From a virus (taxonomy: Duplodnaviria > Caudoviricetes), in IMG/VR virus record IMGVR_UViG_3300030090_002325, positions 2,067 to 66,066 of that record: a DNA stretch of 64,000 nt. The stretch is one strand, 5' to 3'. Each line of letters opens with the position of its first letter. The stretch's first letter is position 1. Below, piece by piece: positions 54,552-64,000 of the stretch. The position numbers were made by a program, and so were the translations under genes. The notes below the pieces were generated by a model that was given only the letters and a program-made list of their open reading frames with translations, had not been told where the DNA came from and did not search any database.

Positions 54552-54578
54552 AAAAAAAAGCCCCACCGAAGTGGGGCT
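54552..54578 (-). terminator. Rho-independent terminator after the MCP gene
   Basis: AGCCCCAC-TTCG-GTGGGGCT plus T tract on the minus strand. Confidence 0.92.
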
Positions 54579-54619
54579 ATGTTTAGGATCCAGTCACTTA
54601 ATAAAAGGTGAATGGAAAA

Positions 54620-55549
54620 TTAAGCACCTGGTGATCCAAACATTCCTAGTGGATCTGACCACCCAAAGGAATAACGCTCGCGAGCCTTGTAACGTACGTT
54701 ACCAGTGTCGAAATCGCCATCCATAGATGTCGTCAACGCTGTACGCTCGAAGTGTTTCATACCATTAGGTACATCAGTAGTTAGGAAGTACGCATCGGTG
54801 TCAGTTAAGAAATGATTAACTGAGTAACCTTCTGGAATTGCACCATTATTTTTCAATGCGTTGATGTCGTTATCAGCTGTACCCGGACGTTGGGCAGTAT
54901 CTAATAGACGAGTTGCAACGAATTGTAAATCTGGTGGAATTACCAGTCTGCGTGGTTTGGCAGCAATTAATAATCCTCGTTCATCTGTCCAATTTGCAAT
55001 CTGAATTACTGCATTTTCCAATGCGGTTTCATTCAAATCAGAAGCAGTTGCCTGAGTATTACTATTTGTTCCGCCACTAACTAACGGATGGTTAGTAGTA
55101 GAACCAGATGAATTAACACCAAACAAAGAACGATCATCGCCACCAAGATGGTTTTGACTGAAACCGTTATTAAGAACATTAGCTGCTCTTACTTGTTTAG
55201 TATTAGCCATTGATCTGGCTAAAGCCTTGGTATAGCGAGCAGAAAGACTATCATATAGATTATCCTCTACCGCTTCTTCAGTTAAACTGAAACCCAAAGC
55301 GATTGTTACGTGATTGTAACGAGCTGTCCAAGCTTCTTGTGCGTTGTCATACGCAATAGCCGAACCTTCAGTTTTAGTAGGTGCGGTTCCAAAACCAGAC
55401 AGTTTTGTTTCTTCTTCAAAAGATCTATCAGATGACTCTGTTTCAAAGATCTCTTTGTGCTCTTGACCATAACGCGCATATTCAAGTCCGAATAAGGCAT
55501 TTAGGCCAGGGAGCAATTCTTTCATTAATTGCGCTCTTGAAATTGCCAT
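54620..55549 (-). CDS. Major capsid protein (Mu gpT-like)
   Basis: MAISRAQLMKELLPGLNALFGLEY...DFDTGNVRYKARERYSFGWSDP. Confidence 0.93.
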   Translation of the reverse strand: MAISRAQLMKELLPGLNALFGLEYARYGQEHKEIFETESSDRSFEEETKLSGFGTAPTKTEGSAIAYDNAQEAWTARYNHVTIALGFSLTEEAVEDNLYDSLSARYTKALARSMANTKQVRAANVLNNGFSQNHLGGDDRSLFGVNSSGSTTNHPLVSGGTNSNTQATASDLNETALENAVIQIANWTDERGLLIAAKPRRLVIPPDLQFVATRLLDTAQRPGTADNDINALKNNGAIPEGYSVNHFLTDTDAYFLTTDVPNGMKHFERTALTTSMDGDFDTGNVRYKARERYSFGWSDPLGMFGSPGA

Positions 55550-55562
55550 GTCTTATATCTCC

Positions 55563-56168
55563 TTAAATACCGGTTGAGTTAGTATATGAGTGTTGACCTG
55601 CATTAAACTTAACAATTACGTCAGTAAATGCATCACCCACAGTTGAGTCTGGACTTTCTACAAAATCAACAATACGAAATGCAACGGTAGCTGTTGTAAC
55701 TACGTCTGCATCTAGTGCTGTACTAGAAACTCCTGTTGTAGTATCACCTGTAGATGTACTTTGTACGGCTGCTAATGGTGCGTTAGCACCTAAAGCAGCT
55801 TGTGCTACTGAAGCATCTGCTTGTACTTGAAAAAGCACATCAGGATCATCTACCACGTAAGCCATCGCATCTGAAGCAACTGTGCCTGTAGGCCAGTGAT
55901 TCGAGAATGTTTTGTTTTTACTGGTAGGATCAGTATAAGTACAACCTACAAAAACACCAATTACGCCAGCTGGGAACTGATCCGAGTTATCGCCAATGTC
56001 GGTAACTACTTCAATCGTTCCAGCTGCTACTATATTAACTATAGAGCCGTTAAAGATGTTGGTTCCAAATCCAGACGCAATTTTAATATGTCGAACGGCT
56101 CCCGCATAGGGAGTGCCGCCGATATGATTAAGAGGCTTGAACCCATAAGGGGTTGCTGTAGTAGCCAT
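55563..56168 (-). CDS. Capsid-associated (minor capsid / cement) protein
   Basis: PYGFKP...GVFVGCTYTDP...VVDDPDVLF; directly upstream of the MCP. Confidence 0.75.
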   Translation of the reverse strand: MATTATPYGFKPLNHIGGTPYAGAVRHIKIASGFGTNIFNGSIVNIVAAGTIEVVTDIGDNSDQFPAGVIGVFVGCTYTDPTSKNKTFSNHWPTGTVASDAMAYVVDDPDVLFQVQADASVAQAALGANAPLAAVQSTSTGDTTTGVSSTALDADVVTTATVAFRIVDFVESPDSTVGDAFTDVIVKFNAGQHSYTNSTGI

Positions 56169-56185
56169 TATTGTGTCTCCTTAAT

Positions 56186-56704
56186 TTATTTATTGCCTTT
56201 TCCAAAAGAAGTAGTTTGACGTCCGTCTGAAAACTTAGGCATACGTGGATCATTTTGATTCATGTAATTGTTTTCAATAGCTTCAGTCTGATCTTCAGTT
56301 CTTTGCTTATAATAAGCATTCCTTTGATCAACTATTTCTTGTGGGGCTTTACATAGCAACAGACCACCAATTTCAACTGCATCTTTAAAAGATGAGTTAG
56401 GATCTGTTACCAATTTGATTTCTGGGTGATCGGAATGTTTAACCGGTTCCCAGCCCTCACGCATTTTAGAGGATACATTTATGTTATCAGCTACATTAAG
56501 AAGTGAAACTCTAATCCACCTATATGCCCAACCTGGTTGCTTTTTAAACTCTGGCAACAAAGATGATGGCTTCCATTCTTGAGTTTTCAATACTTCTTCA
56601 CGACTTTCAGCTTCGCGATCAGTTCTGTTAACTTTCTTCGTAGGTTTAGTACGTTTTGGTTCAACATTTTTTGCTTCTTTTTGTGTAACTTTATCCATTT
56701 GCAT
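56186..56704 (-). CDS. Conserved head-module protein
   Basis: W.P...LP...GWAYRWIR...REGWEPV...IGGLLLCK. Confidence 0.8.
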   Translation of the reverse strand: MQMDKVTQKEAKNVEPKRTKPTKKVNRTDREAESREEVLKTQEWKPSSLLPEFKKQPGWAYRWIRVSLLNVADNINVSSKMREGWEPVKHSDHPEIKLVTDPNSSFKDAVEIGGLLLCKAPQEIVDQRNAYYKQRTEDQTEAIENNYMNQNDPRMPKFSDGRQTTSFGKGNK

Positions 56705-57722
56705 TCTCCAATTTCATCATTTCTCGTGCATATTGTTCCGGCGTTAGCTTAAGCTTTTTAGCTAAAGCAACTTGCGTTTTTGACAAACGTACTTTCTTTG
56801 GCGCGGTACTCCGCGTTGCTGGAGCAACTACAGTTGAAGGTTTGCGTTGGCTAGGTTTATCCTGCTCCAACGTGCTGTCCCCAAAATTTTCAGGGAACCG
56901 TTTTTGCATCGTTTCATCTATACGACGGTAGTAAACATCCGAAGAAGGGTCAATTCCTGACCTGACTAACTTTTCGTGCAATCCTAAAGCTAAGCTAGTC
57001 ATCTCTTCATCTTTACCGAACCATTGATTTTTTGCTTGCCAATCTTGGGCTCTAGCATCAGGTACGGGTACTCTAGGTTGTAATGATTCATTTTGTACAC
57101 TTTTTTCATTATCTTGTAAAGCTCTTTCGTTAGAATATTTAGGTTTTAAACGTTTAGCTCTATCTAATTTATATTGAGCTTCATTCATTTGCGTTTGAGC
57201 TTCTATAATAAGATCAGTTTCTCCTGTCTCATAAGCATCAGAATAATTACGCTTAGCTACTTCCATTTCCTTCTCTGAAGAAGTTTGAAGCGCCTTTATA
57301 TACTCTTCTTCTCCTCGACTTAAAGTCTGTTTAAGATTAGTATTTTCACCGCTAATATTTCTAGCAAATTTTATAGCTTCTTCTTTTTCTCTTTCTGCAG
57401 CTTCTTTAGCTCTTCTTTCGTCATGCCATACTTTTTTAAGTTGAGCCATACGTTGTTTAACACGTTCAGAATAATCTTCTAAGGTGTCATTTTCTATTTC
57501 TTCTACTACTTTTTGGGGTAAAGGATCTCTGTTCCTATCCTCTATGGGTGTATCGTCTTCTTCTTCGATTAATAAGGCGGGCTCTTGAGCTTTTGGTTCC
57601 TGCTCTACTTTTTCTATAGAGTCAGGAGGAGCAACTTCCACATTTTCTTGCTCTTCCATTTTTACTTCTACTTCTTCACCCTCTAATTCAGCAGGGATTT
57701 CGTTAATAATTTTATCACTCAT
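56691..57722 (-). CDS. Putative capsid scaffolding protein
   Basis: Acidic N-terminus, coiled coil, W...N.WFG, C-terminal VRLSKTQVALAKKL...EQYA; AGGAG RBS before the ATG at 57722. Confidence 0.75.
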   Translation of the reverse strand: MSDKIINEIPAELEGEEVEVKMEEQENVEVAPPDSIEKVEQEPKAQEPALLIEEEDDTPIEDRNRDPLPQKVVEEIENDTLEDYSERVKQRMAQLKKVWHDERRAKEAAEREKEEAIKFARNISGENTNLKQTLSRGEEEYIKALQTSSEKEMEVAKRNYSDAYETGETDLIIEAQTQMNEAQYKLDRAKRLKPKYSNERALQDNEKSVQNESLQPRVPVPDARAQDWQAKNQWFGKDEEMTSLALGLHEKLVRSGIDPSSDVYYRRIDETMQKRFPENFGDSTLEQDKPSQRKPSTVVAPATRSTAPKKVRLSKTQVALAKKLKLTPEQYAREMMKLENANG

Positions 57723-57732
57723 ACCATTTCTC

Positions 57733-58176
57733 CTATGCGCGTTCATACCCACGAGGATCTTCCACAACAGCCTCGACAGTATCATCGTTAATAATGCGGA
57801 ACTCTCGACCATGAATCCTGATACGAGTGCCCGAATATGCTCTAGTTATAACAAAATCACCTTCTTTACACCATGCTCCAGTTGGAAAACGACTTTTATC
57901 TGTATAAGCCATATCTCCTAACTTCATTACAAAAAGTACAACTGTAGAATGTTCTTCAATGCTTTTAGTCTTTTGCGCTTTTATAATACCGCTTTCGTAA
58001 GTAGCGTCTACTTCAGGAACAGCACACAAAATCCTAAACCCTTTAACTTGCGGTAGTTGCGTAGCTTTTTTTGACCCATATTCTATATTTGCTTCTGGTG
58101 GTGGGTCATCAAATTTAGCTATTTCTTTTTGATCTTCTATAACTCGTTCCATCTGAGGGGATATAATTTCACTCAT
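57733..58176 (-). CDS. groES: GroES-like co-chaperonin
   Basis: GFRIL...ESGII...V.KLG...WCKEGDFV...YSGTRI...EFRIINDDTVEAVV. Confidence 0.85.
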   Translation of the reverse strand: MSEIISPQMERVIEDQKEIAKFDDPPPEANIEYGSKKATQLPQVKGFRILCAVPEVDATYESGIIKAQKTKSIEEHSTVVLFVMKLGDMAYTDKSRFPTGAWCKEGDFVITRAYSGTRIRIHGREFRIINDDTVEAVVEDPRGYERA

Positions 58177-58369
58177 CTTCATCCCCCTCTTTCAATGATC
58201 TAAGTCCTTCAGAAATTAAGGACTGTACTATGAGATAACCTCTTATTACACCACAGGCATGTTGGTATGCCCCAAAATTATCAGCTGTACCATCTCCTAA
58301 ACTTTCTAACATCTCTTTGCGTCTCTCTTCTATTTTATCAGATAGAAGTTGTAACGTTTCTTCTTGCAT
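58169..58369 (-). CDS. Small conserved head-module protein
   Basis: LGDG...YQHACGVIRG between portal and GroES. Confidence 0.75.
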   Translation of the reverse strand: MQEETLQLLSDKIEERRKEMLESLGDGTADNFGAYQHACGVIRGYLIVQSLISEGLRSLKEGDEDE

Positions 58370-58374
58370 AATAA

Positions 58375-60900
58375 TCACCCTTCAGTTTGTGTTTTAGTAT
58401 CTTTCCTCTTAGTTCTTTCTTTTAATTTAACATCGTGAGTTTTATCTTCTCTGGCTTTATCTTCTTGTACTACTTTTACACCTAATTTAGCTCCTTCTAT
58501 TAACTGCTTAGCTTGTAAATCTTTATCTTTTTCTATAGCCTGAGCCCCTAATTTAGCTCCTTCTATACGTTCACGAGACTCCATTTCCAAACGATCTAGT
58601 TGTCCTTTTTGTACTTCAATCGCTAAGCGCTCTTTATCAATTTCAATATCAGCCATTACTTTTTGAGCTTTTGTTTGAGCTTCTTGTTCTTTAATTCTTA
58701 ATTCTGCTTGTTGCATTTGAATAAGTGGATCTTGAGCTTGTTGCTGTGCTTGCTGTTGTTGAACTTCAGCAGTATTTTTCTGGAGTAGTTGTTCCCCGGC
58801 AGCTGCTGATAATCTAGATACATCTGCTTCTACATCTGCTGGTAATGGTTCACCTAGTTTTGGTAATGGAACTCCTAGTTGTTCTTCCATTTGTTTACGA
58901 TATGCATAACCTATATGCTCCGCTACATGTGCCTCCATAGCCGCCTGAAAAGTAGCAGCGTTAGGACTTTGACCAACTAATTGTTGTAATTTTGGATCCT
59001 GAGCAAACGCCATATGCACTTTTATGTGAGCTTCATGATCTTGCTCTATAAATGCTTTAACTGGCTTGCTGTTTAATATATTCATATTTTCAGCAACTGG
59101 ATCTAGCATTTCAATATCATCTTTTTCTGGAACCAGTTTATCTATATTTTTAATCCCTAATACTTCTAACATTTCTCTGTTTAATTCAACCATATCGTAT
59201 ATATCAGGATTAGCTTGCGCCATCTGCATTACAGCTTGATACTGTACTACTTTTTGAGACATTGTAGCTGCATTGGGGTTAGACACAGGAATTATTTCTA
59301 CTGAATTATAATCTGCTTGTTTAACTGCTTTACCACCATCTACCGGTTCATAAGAATAATCTGCAGGGGTGTTATCTCTAATAATGGCTTTTAATAATTT
59401 AAACTCAGCTTTCATAGCGTAGTGAATACGTGCTTGAACAGCTGACATTACTTTAAGTGTTCGTTCTAAAATAGCTAGTGTAGTACCCACAGGAGCTTGA
59501 GAAGACATATCTGAAACTTTCATATCAGCGGCACTAGCAAACCTACGTCCTTCATCAATAATTTGATTCATTAAATTATTTAATACTTGACTAGGTTCCT
59601 TATAAGGAAGCGGTAGAATATTATCTCTCAAAGTTCCTGCAGGGACATCTATATCGCGCCATTCTGCTGGAGCGATAGGAGTATCATCTCCTCTAATTCT
59701 AAGCCCTCTGGATTTAAACCCGCCTGGAAGATTAGATAAAGTACCAGCATCTACTAACTGTCTAAGAATCATAGTACCTGATTTAGCAAACGCGCCAATC
59801 AAATGAATAAGACCAAAGCAATAAAAACCAAAACCAGGTATATACCCATAGTGCACGAAGTGCTGACGTTTTAATTTGCCAGGATCAACAGGGTCCCAAT
59901 TACGTCTTATAGATAAAATAGCCCCTGAACCTTTTTCTATGGTAACTACATAAGGAATAGCTATTCCTGTTTTCTTACCTTTTTCATCTTCATCTTCATA
60001 ACCTTCTATATCCAAGTCCACATGCATTTCTAAGATTTTATATCTATCGTCTGTGGTAGCATCAAAGCCCATTTTCTCAGCTATTTTCTTTTCTACTTCT
60101 TCTAAATCGTAACTAGGTTCTCCTATTTCTATATCCCTATAAAACCCAGAGACCTGTAACTTTCTCATCTCATTCTTAGTTTTACGCATAACATGGGTTA
60201 CACGCTCTGCTGTTTCTAAATTAGAAGCTCCATAAGGAACTACAATATCCTCAGCTGGTACAAAAATAGAGACCTGTCTTTCTAAATTACTATCGTAATA
60301 GACTTTCTTAAACGCGTTACCTGCAAGACCTAAACCCCATAACATTCTTTCATGTTCAGGACGATATTCAGGCATCAACTCCATTAACTGGTAGTTCATA
60401 TTTTCTTTAACACGCTGAGATGCTTCTATATTTTCTTTGGTTTCTTTACCAATGATTTGGCATTTGACGGGACCGGTGGCTGGAAAAGTCTCCATCATAG
60501 TTTCAGCTTGGAATTTAACTAATGCCTCAGTCATTAGCGGGTGAAAGACATTACATGCACCCTCCCAAGGTTCTGATCTGTCTTCAAGTTTAAGTCCTAA
60601 TAACTCTAAACCATCTACATAAGTATCTAGCCAATCTCTACGGGAATTGATATCAGCTTCAAATTCACCTAATAATTCCCCAGCTATTTCATCAAGAATT
60701 TGTTCGTCTAATTCTTCAGCTAAATTTTCATTAAAGGCATCATCTATAGCAGCATCAGGGTCTATTGTTATTTCGGTATCACCTGCAGATATAGTTACGC
60801 TTTCTGGATCTTCTATTTCAATTTCTATTGCTTCTTCATCAACAGCGTCTTCTTCTACACCTGTTGGTAATGCGTAAAGACTTTTATCTACGTCTGCCAT
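58375..60900 (-). CDS. Portal protein
   Basis: 841 aa after terminase; PWEGAC.V.HPL, AFKKVYYD, GFYCFGLIH, APVGTT.A. Confidence 0.92.
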   Translation of the reverse strand: MADVDKSLYALPTGVEEDAVDEEAIEIEIEDPESVTISAGDTEITIDPDAAIDDAFNENLAEELDEQILDEIAGELLGEFEADINSRRDWLDTYVDGLELLGLKLEDRSEPWEGACNVFHPLMTEALVKFQAETMMETFPATGPVKCQIIGKETKENIEASQRVKENMNYQLMELMPEYRPEHERMLWGLGLAGNAFKKVYYDSNLERQVSIFVPAEDIVVPYGASNLETAERVTHVMRKTKNEMRKLQVSGFYRDIEIGEPSYDLEEVEKKIAEKMGFDATTDDRYKILEMHVDLDIEGYEDEDEKGKKTGIAIPYVVTIEKGSGAILSIRRNWDPVDPGKLKRQHFVHYGYIPGFGFYCFGLIHLIGAFAKSGTMILRQLVDAGTLSNLPGGFKSRGLRIRGDDTPIAPAEWRDIDVPAGTLRDNILPLPYKEPSQVLNNLMNQIIDEGRRFASAADMKVSDMSSQAPVGTTLAILERTLKVMSAVQARIHYAMKAEFKLLKAIIRDNTPADYSYEPVDGGKAVKQADYNSVEIIPVSNPNAATMSQKVVQYQAVMQMAQANPDIYDMVELNREMLEVLGIKNIDKLVPEKDDIEMLDPVAENMNILNSKPVKAFIEQDHEAHIKVHMAFAQDPKLQQLVGQSPNAATFQAAMEAHVAEHIGYAYRKQMEEQLGVPLPKLGEPLPADVEADVSRLSAAAGEQLLQKNTAEVQQQQAQQQAQDPLIQMQQAELRIKEQEAQTKAQKVMADIEIDKERLAIEVQKGQLDRLEMESRERIEGAKLGAQAIEKDKDLQAKQLIEGAKLGVKVVQEDKAREDKTHDVKLKERTKRKDTKTQTEG

Positions 60901-60909
60901 AATTAATCC

Positions 60910-62448
60910 TTAAATTGCGTATAATCGTTTTTCTCTTGAACTTCTGAACAACTGCACTTCGTCTTTCTCATCTGAAGGCAGTTTAATAAACCCACCTTGT
61001 CTGAACCTAGCAATAGCTAGTGTAGTGGCGTCAACTAAGTCATCATTCGCACCACTTGGAAAGTCATTACATTCTTCAATAACTTCCTGAGCCCACCTCT
61101 TTTCAGGGGCCCATACTATACCAGAATGGAATAAATCAGCTACAGAGTTTACTCTACTGATTTTATCCTGCCCTTTACCCGGCGTGAACTCCCCTACTGG
61201 TATGCCCATACGTCGCATCTCCTGATACAGAGCAGCTCCGTTAGATTTCTTCTCCACAATAAACGCATCAGGTTCCCAATCAGCATACTCTTGTAAAACT
61301 AATTCTTTAAGTTCAGGAAACTCTAACCGTTTCTTTATGGCATTTAACAATATAATATTATAATTATCAACTTCTTCATTAAAAAATACACCCCATGTTG
61401 TTAGTGCGTTATAATCAGCACGAGTGTTTTTCTCCTGCGCTGCATCCAAACTCATAATAATAAATTCACAAGGGGGTGGTCTGTCGAACTCCCACGTCTT
61501 CCACCATTCTCTTTTTAGTAAGGCTCCTTCTTCACTTGTGGGATTTTGAATATATTGCGCCTGCCAGTAACGCGGATCAAGACTGGCTCTTTTAGATTGT
61601 AATTCTTCCAAAGGCCAGAACTCCGGCCATAGAGATTTCTCCTCACCATTTTTATCTTCAATGATGGCTGGGAACTCAACAACCTCCCATTCATCAACAT
61701 CATCATTTTTCACCATCTGATTGACAATCTGACCTGTCAGATCAAGCTTCGACCATCTGGTCATCACCACAATAATCGCCCCACCCGGCATCAAACGCTG
61801 AATCGGTCCAGACTGGAACCACTCCCACGCGGGTAGGAACACATCCGGCTTACCTAGTTTGGCGTCCTGCTCTGAGTGCGGGTCATCAATAATAAACAAA
61901 TCAGCTCCACGACCTGCGAGCGCTCCACCTACACCAATAGCAAAATACTCCCCGTTGTAATTTGTACCCCACCTGGAAGCTGACTTGGAGTCAGCCTGTA
62001 ATTTCACATTCTGAAAAATCTCCTGATAGGGGTCGCTTCCTACAAGGTTCCTCACGCGCCTGCCGAAGTTAGCCGCGAGATCAGCTGTATGCGAAGCCAT
62101 GATTACTTTCTTATGGGGGTTCTTGCCTAAAAACCAAGCTGGGGCTAAGTAAGAGATAAGCTCTGATTTGCCATGTCGTGGCGCGATATTGACGATAACC
62201 CTTTTTTTAACTCCGTTAGCTATGTCCTCAAATATCTGTGCTAAATGTCGATGATGAGGTCCAACTTTGTAGCCAGGATATACGTGTTTTATAAAAGGCA
62301 GAAAGGTAGTTTGTCGAGCGGTTAGCTGTGCTTGCTTTTCATAAGCTTCTAGAGTTTCTAGAAAATCTATCTGCTCAGCTCTGGGTAGAGTATTAAGCTT
62401 GGATAGTGCTAGTTGAATATCTTGTGGGTCAAATCCTTCTATATTCAT
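60910..62448 (-). CDS. terL: Terminase large subunit
   Basis: Walker A APRHGKS, GRGADLFIIDDPH, MTRW, LDAA, FPSGANDDLVD. Confidence 0.95.
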   Translation of the reverse strand: MNIEGFDPQDIQLALSKLNTLPRAEQIDFLETLEAYEKQAQLTARQTTFLPFIKHVYPGYKVGPHHRHLAQIFEDIANGVKKRVIVNIAPRHGKSELISYLAPAWFLGKNPHKKVIMASHTADLAANFGRRVRNLVGSDPYQEIFQNVKLQADSKSASRWGTNYNGEYFAIGVGGALAGRGADLFIIDDPHSEQDAKLGKPDVFLPAWEWFQSGPIQRLMPGGAIIVVMTRWSKLDLTGQIVNQMVKNDDVDEWEVVEFPAIIEDKNGEEKSLWPEFWPLEELQSKRASLDPRYWQAQYIQNPTSEEGALLKREWWKTWEFDRPPPCEFIIMSLDAAQEKNTRADYNALTTWGVFFNEEVDNYNIILLNAIKKRLEFPELKELVLQEYADWEPDAFIVEKKSNGAALYQEMRRMGIPVGEFTPGKGQDKISRVNSVADLFHSGIVWAPEKRWAQEVIEECNDFPSGANDDLVDATTLAIARFRQGGFIKLPSDEKDEVQLFRSSREKRLYAI

Positions 62449-62515
62449 AATGTGCTAACGAGCAACATGGAGCATCCACAAAGAATAAAAGCAATTATCA
62501 CTAAAAATATAAATT

Positions 62516-62734
62516 TCATCTTAAAGTTACGTCTGATTGCGTCTCTATCCACACCCTTGCACCGCAAGATAGGGGTTTATGGGGGCTATGAACTACCTTT
62601 GATTCCCCATGAATTGTAGCTTCATGGCAATATCGGTTTTCTTTGTAGTTTTTTACAGTTAAAACAGGCTCATTAGTCCCATTTTTGGTGTTAGCCCTTA
62701 TTTTATGCTGATTTACATGAATAATTGTCTTCAT
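62516..62734 (-). CDS. Conserved phage hypothetical protein
   Basis: IHVNQHKIR.N...PVLTVK...PLSCGARVWIET. Confidence 0.75.
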   Translation of the reverse strand: MKTIIHVNQHKIRANTKNGTNEPVLTVKNYKENRYCHEATIHGESKVVHSPHKPLSCGARVWIETQSDVTLR

Positions 62735-62748
62735 AATCCCCTTTTCTC

Positions 62749-62892
62749 CTAAAGTAGCCACAAAATAAATATTGTAGTCAAGGCAGCGTATATATACACA
62801 GAATAATCAAGCCAATTCTTAGATATAAAGTTACCTACATCCTCTAAAAAATCTAATAAATCCCAATATAACTCTTTTAACTTATCTTTCAT
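62749..62892 (-). CDS. Small protein with C-terminal TM segment, 47 aa
   Basis: Read by eye: MKDKLKELYWDLLDF...AALTTIFILWLL. Confidence 0.5.
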   Translation of the reverse strand: MKDKLKELYWDLLDFLEDVGNFISKNWLDYSVYIYAALTTIFILWLL

Positions 62893-62894
62893 GT

Positions 62895-63350
62895 TTATTT
62901 TTCTTTTTTATCGTGAGCCTGCACAGTCATATCTGATGCATCGCCGCCATATAGACCTAATTCATCAGCTGTTGCTGCGTGTTTCACGGTTAAAAACTTA
63001 TACATCCCAGGATTACGGGTACGAAACCAACCTCGTAACCCATGATACATAGCTAAAGATAGCGGCCCCGTAAATAACGAAGCTAACACCATCATCTTAA
63101 TCTCATTAGTTTGAACATTGGTTAAGGCGTTAATTATTTCACCCATGCACCATTGCGTTACTGAACCAAATATCGCACCGGCAATTAGCATATTAGTAAA
63201 GATAGTTGATGATTTTAGTTCGTGGTTGCCGTCAGCTCTGTTAGCTCTCTTCCAAGCCACCAATAACACCATACACATAAAGGCACTAATGATTATTGGC
63301 AATAAAACTGAAATTAACGACAGCCAAGGTGATGGAACTCCTGTTGGCAT
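62895..63350 (-). CDS. Three-TM membrane protein
   Basis: Three hydrophobic segments; AAGGAG RBS. Confidence 0.75.
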   Translation of the reverse strand: MPTGVPSPWLSLISVLLPIIISAFMCMVLLVAWKRANRADGNHELKSSTIFTNMLIAGAIFGSVTQWCMGEIINALTNVQTNEIKMMVLASLFTGPLSLAMYHGLRGWFRTRNPGMYKFLTVKHAATADELGLYGGDASDMTVQAHDKKEK

Positions 63351-63351
63351 T

Positions 63352-63951
63352 TTATTCTTCTCCTTCTGGTTCTTTCTCTAATGTCCCCATTTCGTCGTCA
63401 ATTACTTCAAAAGATGTATTAATTGTTTTTTCGCGTCCTATGATGTTAGCGAGTTTGCTTCTTATTTGTTTTTCCAACTCTTCCGTAGTTGCATGTTTAA
63501 CAATAACTTCTGTTTTTTCGGAAAATAATCCCACATCTGAGATTTTCCCTAGTAATTCTAACGCCTTCAGCCTATGGCGTGGGTCATTAAGACCAGTATC
63601 TTCTATTAATTTATTAGTAACAAAGCGTCTAAGCTGCACTGCTTCCTGAACGACCTGATGATCATAGTCACTAAGCATAGCATACAAATGTTTAACTGTG
63701 GCAGGGGTTGCTAAAGATTTATTTACTGCAGCGTTAGCTATTCCTTTTTGTTCGGGATCAGTAAAAACTTTAAACAATTCTTCTGCATCAATTTTTTCGG
63801 GAGTACTCACGGGAATCTCTGCGCCTCCTTCTACTAGGACTTTAGCGGTAGAAGCAGCGACCTTAACTTTTGTGTTTAAAGTAGTGGGCTCTTGTGCTTC
63901 AAAATCATCCGGCAAAGGTATATCTTTTTCCGGAACAATAGTCAACGGCAT
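63352..63951 (-). CDS. Putative terminase small subunit
   Basis: First gene of the late arm, upstream of terL; RLKALELLGKISDVGLFSEK motif. Confidence 0.6.
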   Translation of the reverse strand: MPLTIVPEKDIPLPDDFEAQEPTTLNTKVKVAASTAKVLVEGGAEIPVSTPEKIDAEELFKVFTDPEQKGIANAAVNKSLATPATVKHLYAMLSDYDHQVVQEAVQLRRFVTNKLIEDTGLNDPRHRLKALELLGKISDVGLFSEKTEVIVKHATTEELEKQIRSKLANIIGREKTINTSFEVIDDEMGTLEKEPEGEE

Positions 63952-64000
63952 TTACTTACCTTTTAAATATTGACGATCTTTTATTTTAACGGGGCCGCCA

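Noticed and set aside
62445-62519. 24-aa ORF with a lipobox-like LCGC (possible spanin or lipoprotein)
   Set aside because: The mature part would be only about 9 residues and no inner-membrane spanin partner is evident, so support is too weak.
26697-63973. Plus-strand ORFs in the - arm and alternate-frame ORFs 48121, 55306 and 61515
   Set aside because: They are antisense or off-frame shadows of structural genes. Unlike 27793..28002, I saw no good RBS or signature of dual coding.
1-64000. Prophage or integration module; tRNA genes
   Set aside because: No integrase, host genes, att-like junction or tRNA cloverleaf was recognised by eye. tRNAscan-SE and inspection of flanking sequence would be needed to exclude them.

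Overview
The window is most or all of an AT-rich, roughly 64-kb tailed dsDNA phage genome (Caudoviricetes, podovirus-like architecture, probably with a proteobacterial host; both are inferences). It has two convergent arms that meet at 22946-22949. The + arm (1-22949) opens with a repeat-rich control region and small early genes. It continues with a MoxR-type AAA / DUF2201 metallopeptidase-VWA / DUF3150-like set and a replication module: VRR-NUC, family A DNA polymerase, PD-(D/E)XK nuclease, HNH, two tandem XRE HTH proteins, SNF2 helicase, SSB-like protein and primase-DUF927 helicase. The - arm (63951-22946) carries terminase, portal, GroES-like co-chaperonin, scaffold, Mu gpT-like major capsid protein, tail and fibre genes, holin, pesticin-type muramidase and large internal/ejection proteins. 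I saw no integrase, RNA polymerase, tRNA or CRISPR array. The most striking unexplained signal is nine copies of a 29-bp palindrome, GAAC-N4-GGYTA-N3-TAGCC-N4-GTTC. All are intergenic and lie in the first 11.8 kb, several wedged between a stop codon and the next RBS so that they bracket gene blocks like cassettes. Other notable signals: further repeat families in 980-1800, a pseudoknotted RNA downstream of the capsid gene, a shared (F/Y/L/M)-x-x-G-G motif in internal virion proteins, an overprinted gene inside the 2424-aa protein, and a methyltransferase-DUF115-like enzyme between duplicated tail genes. Product calls rest on motif recognition by eye; no database searches were run.
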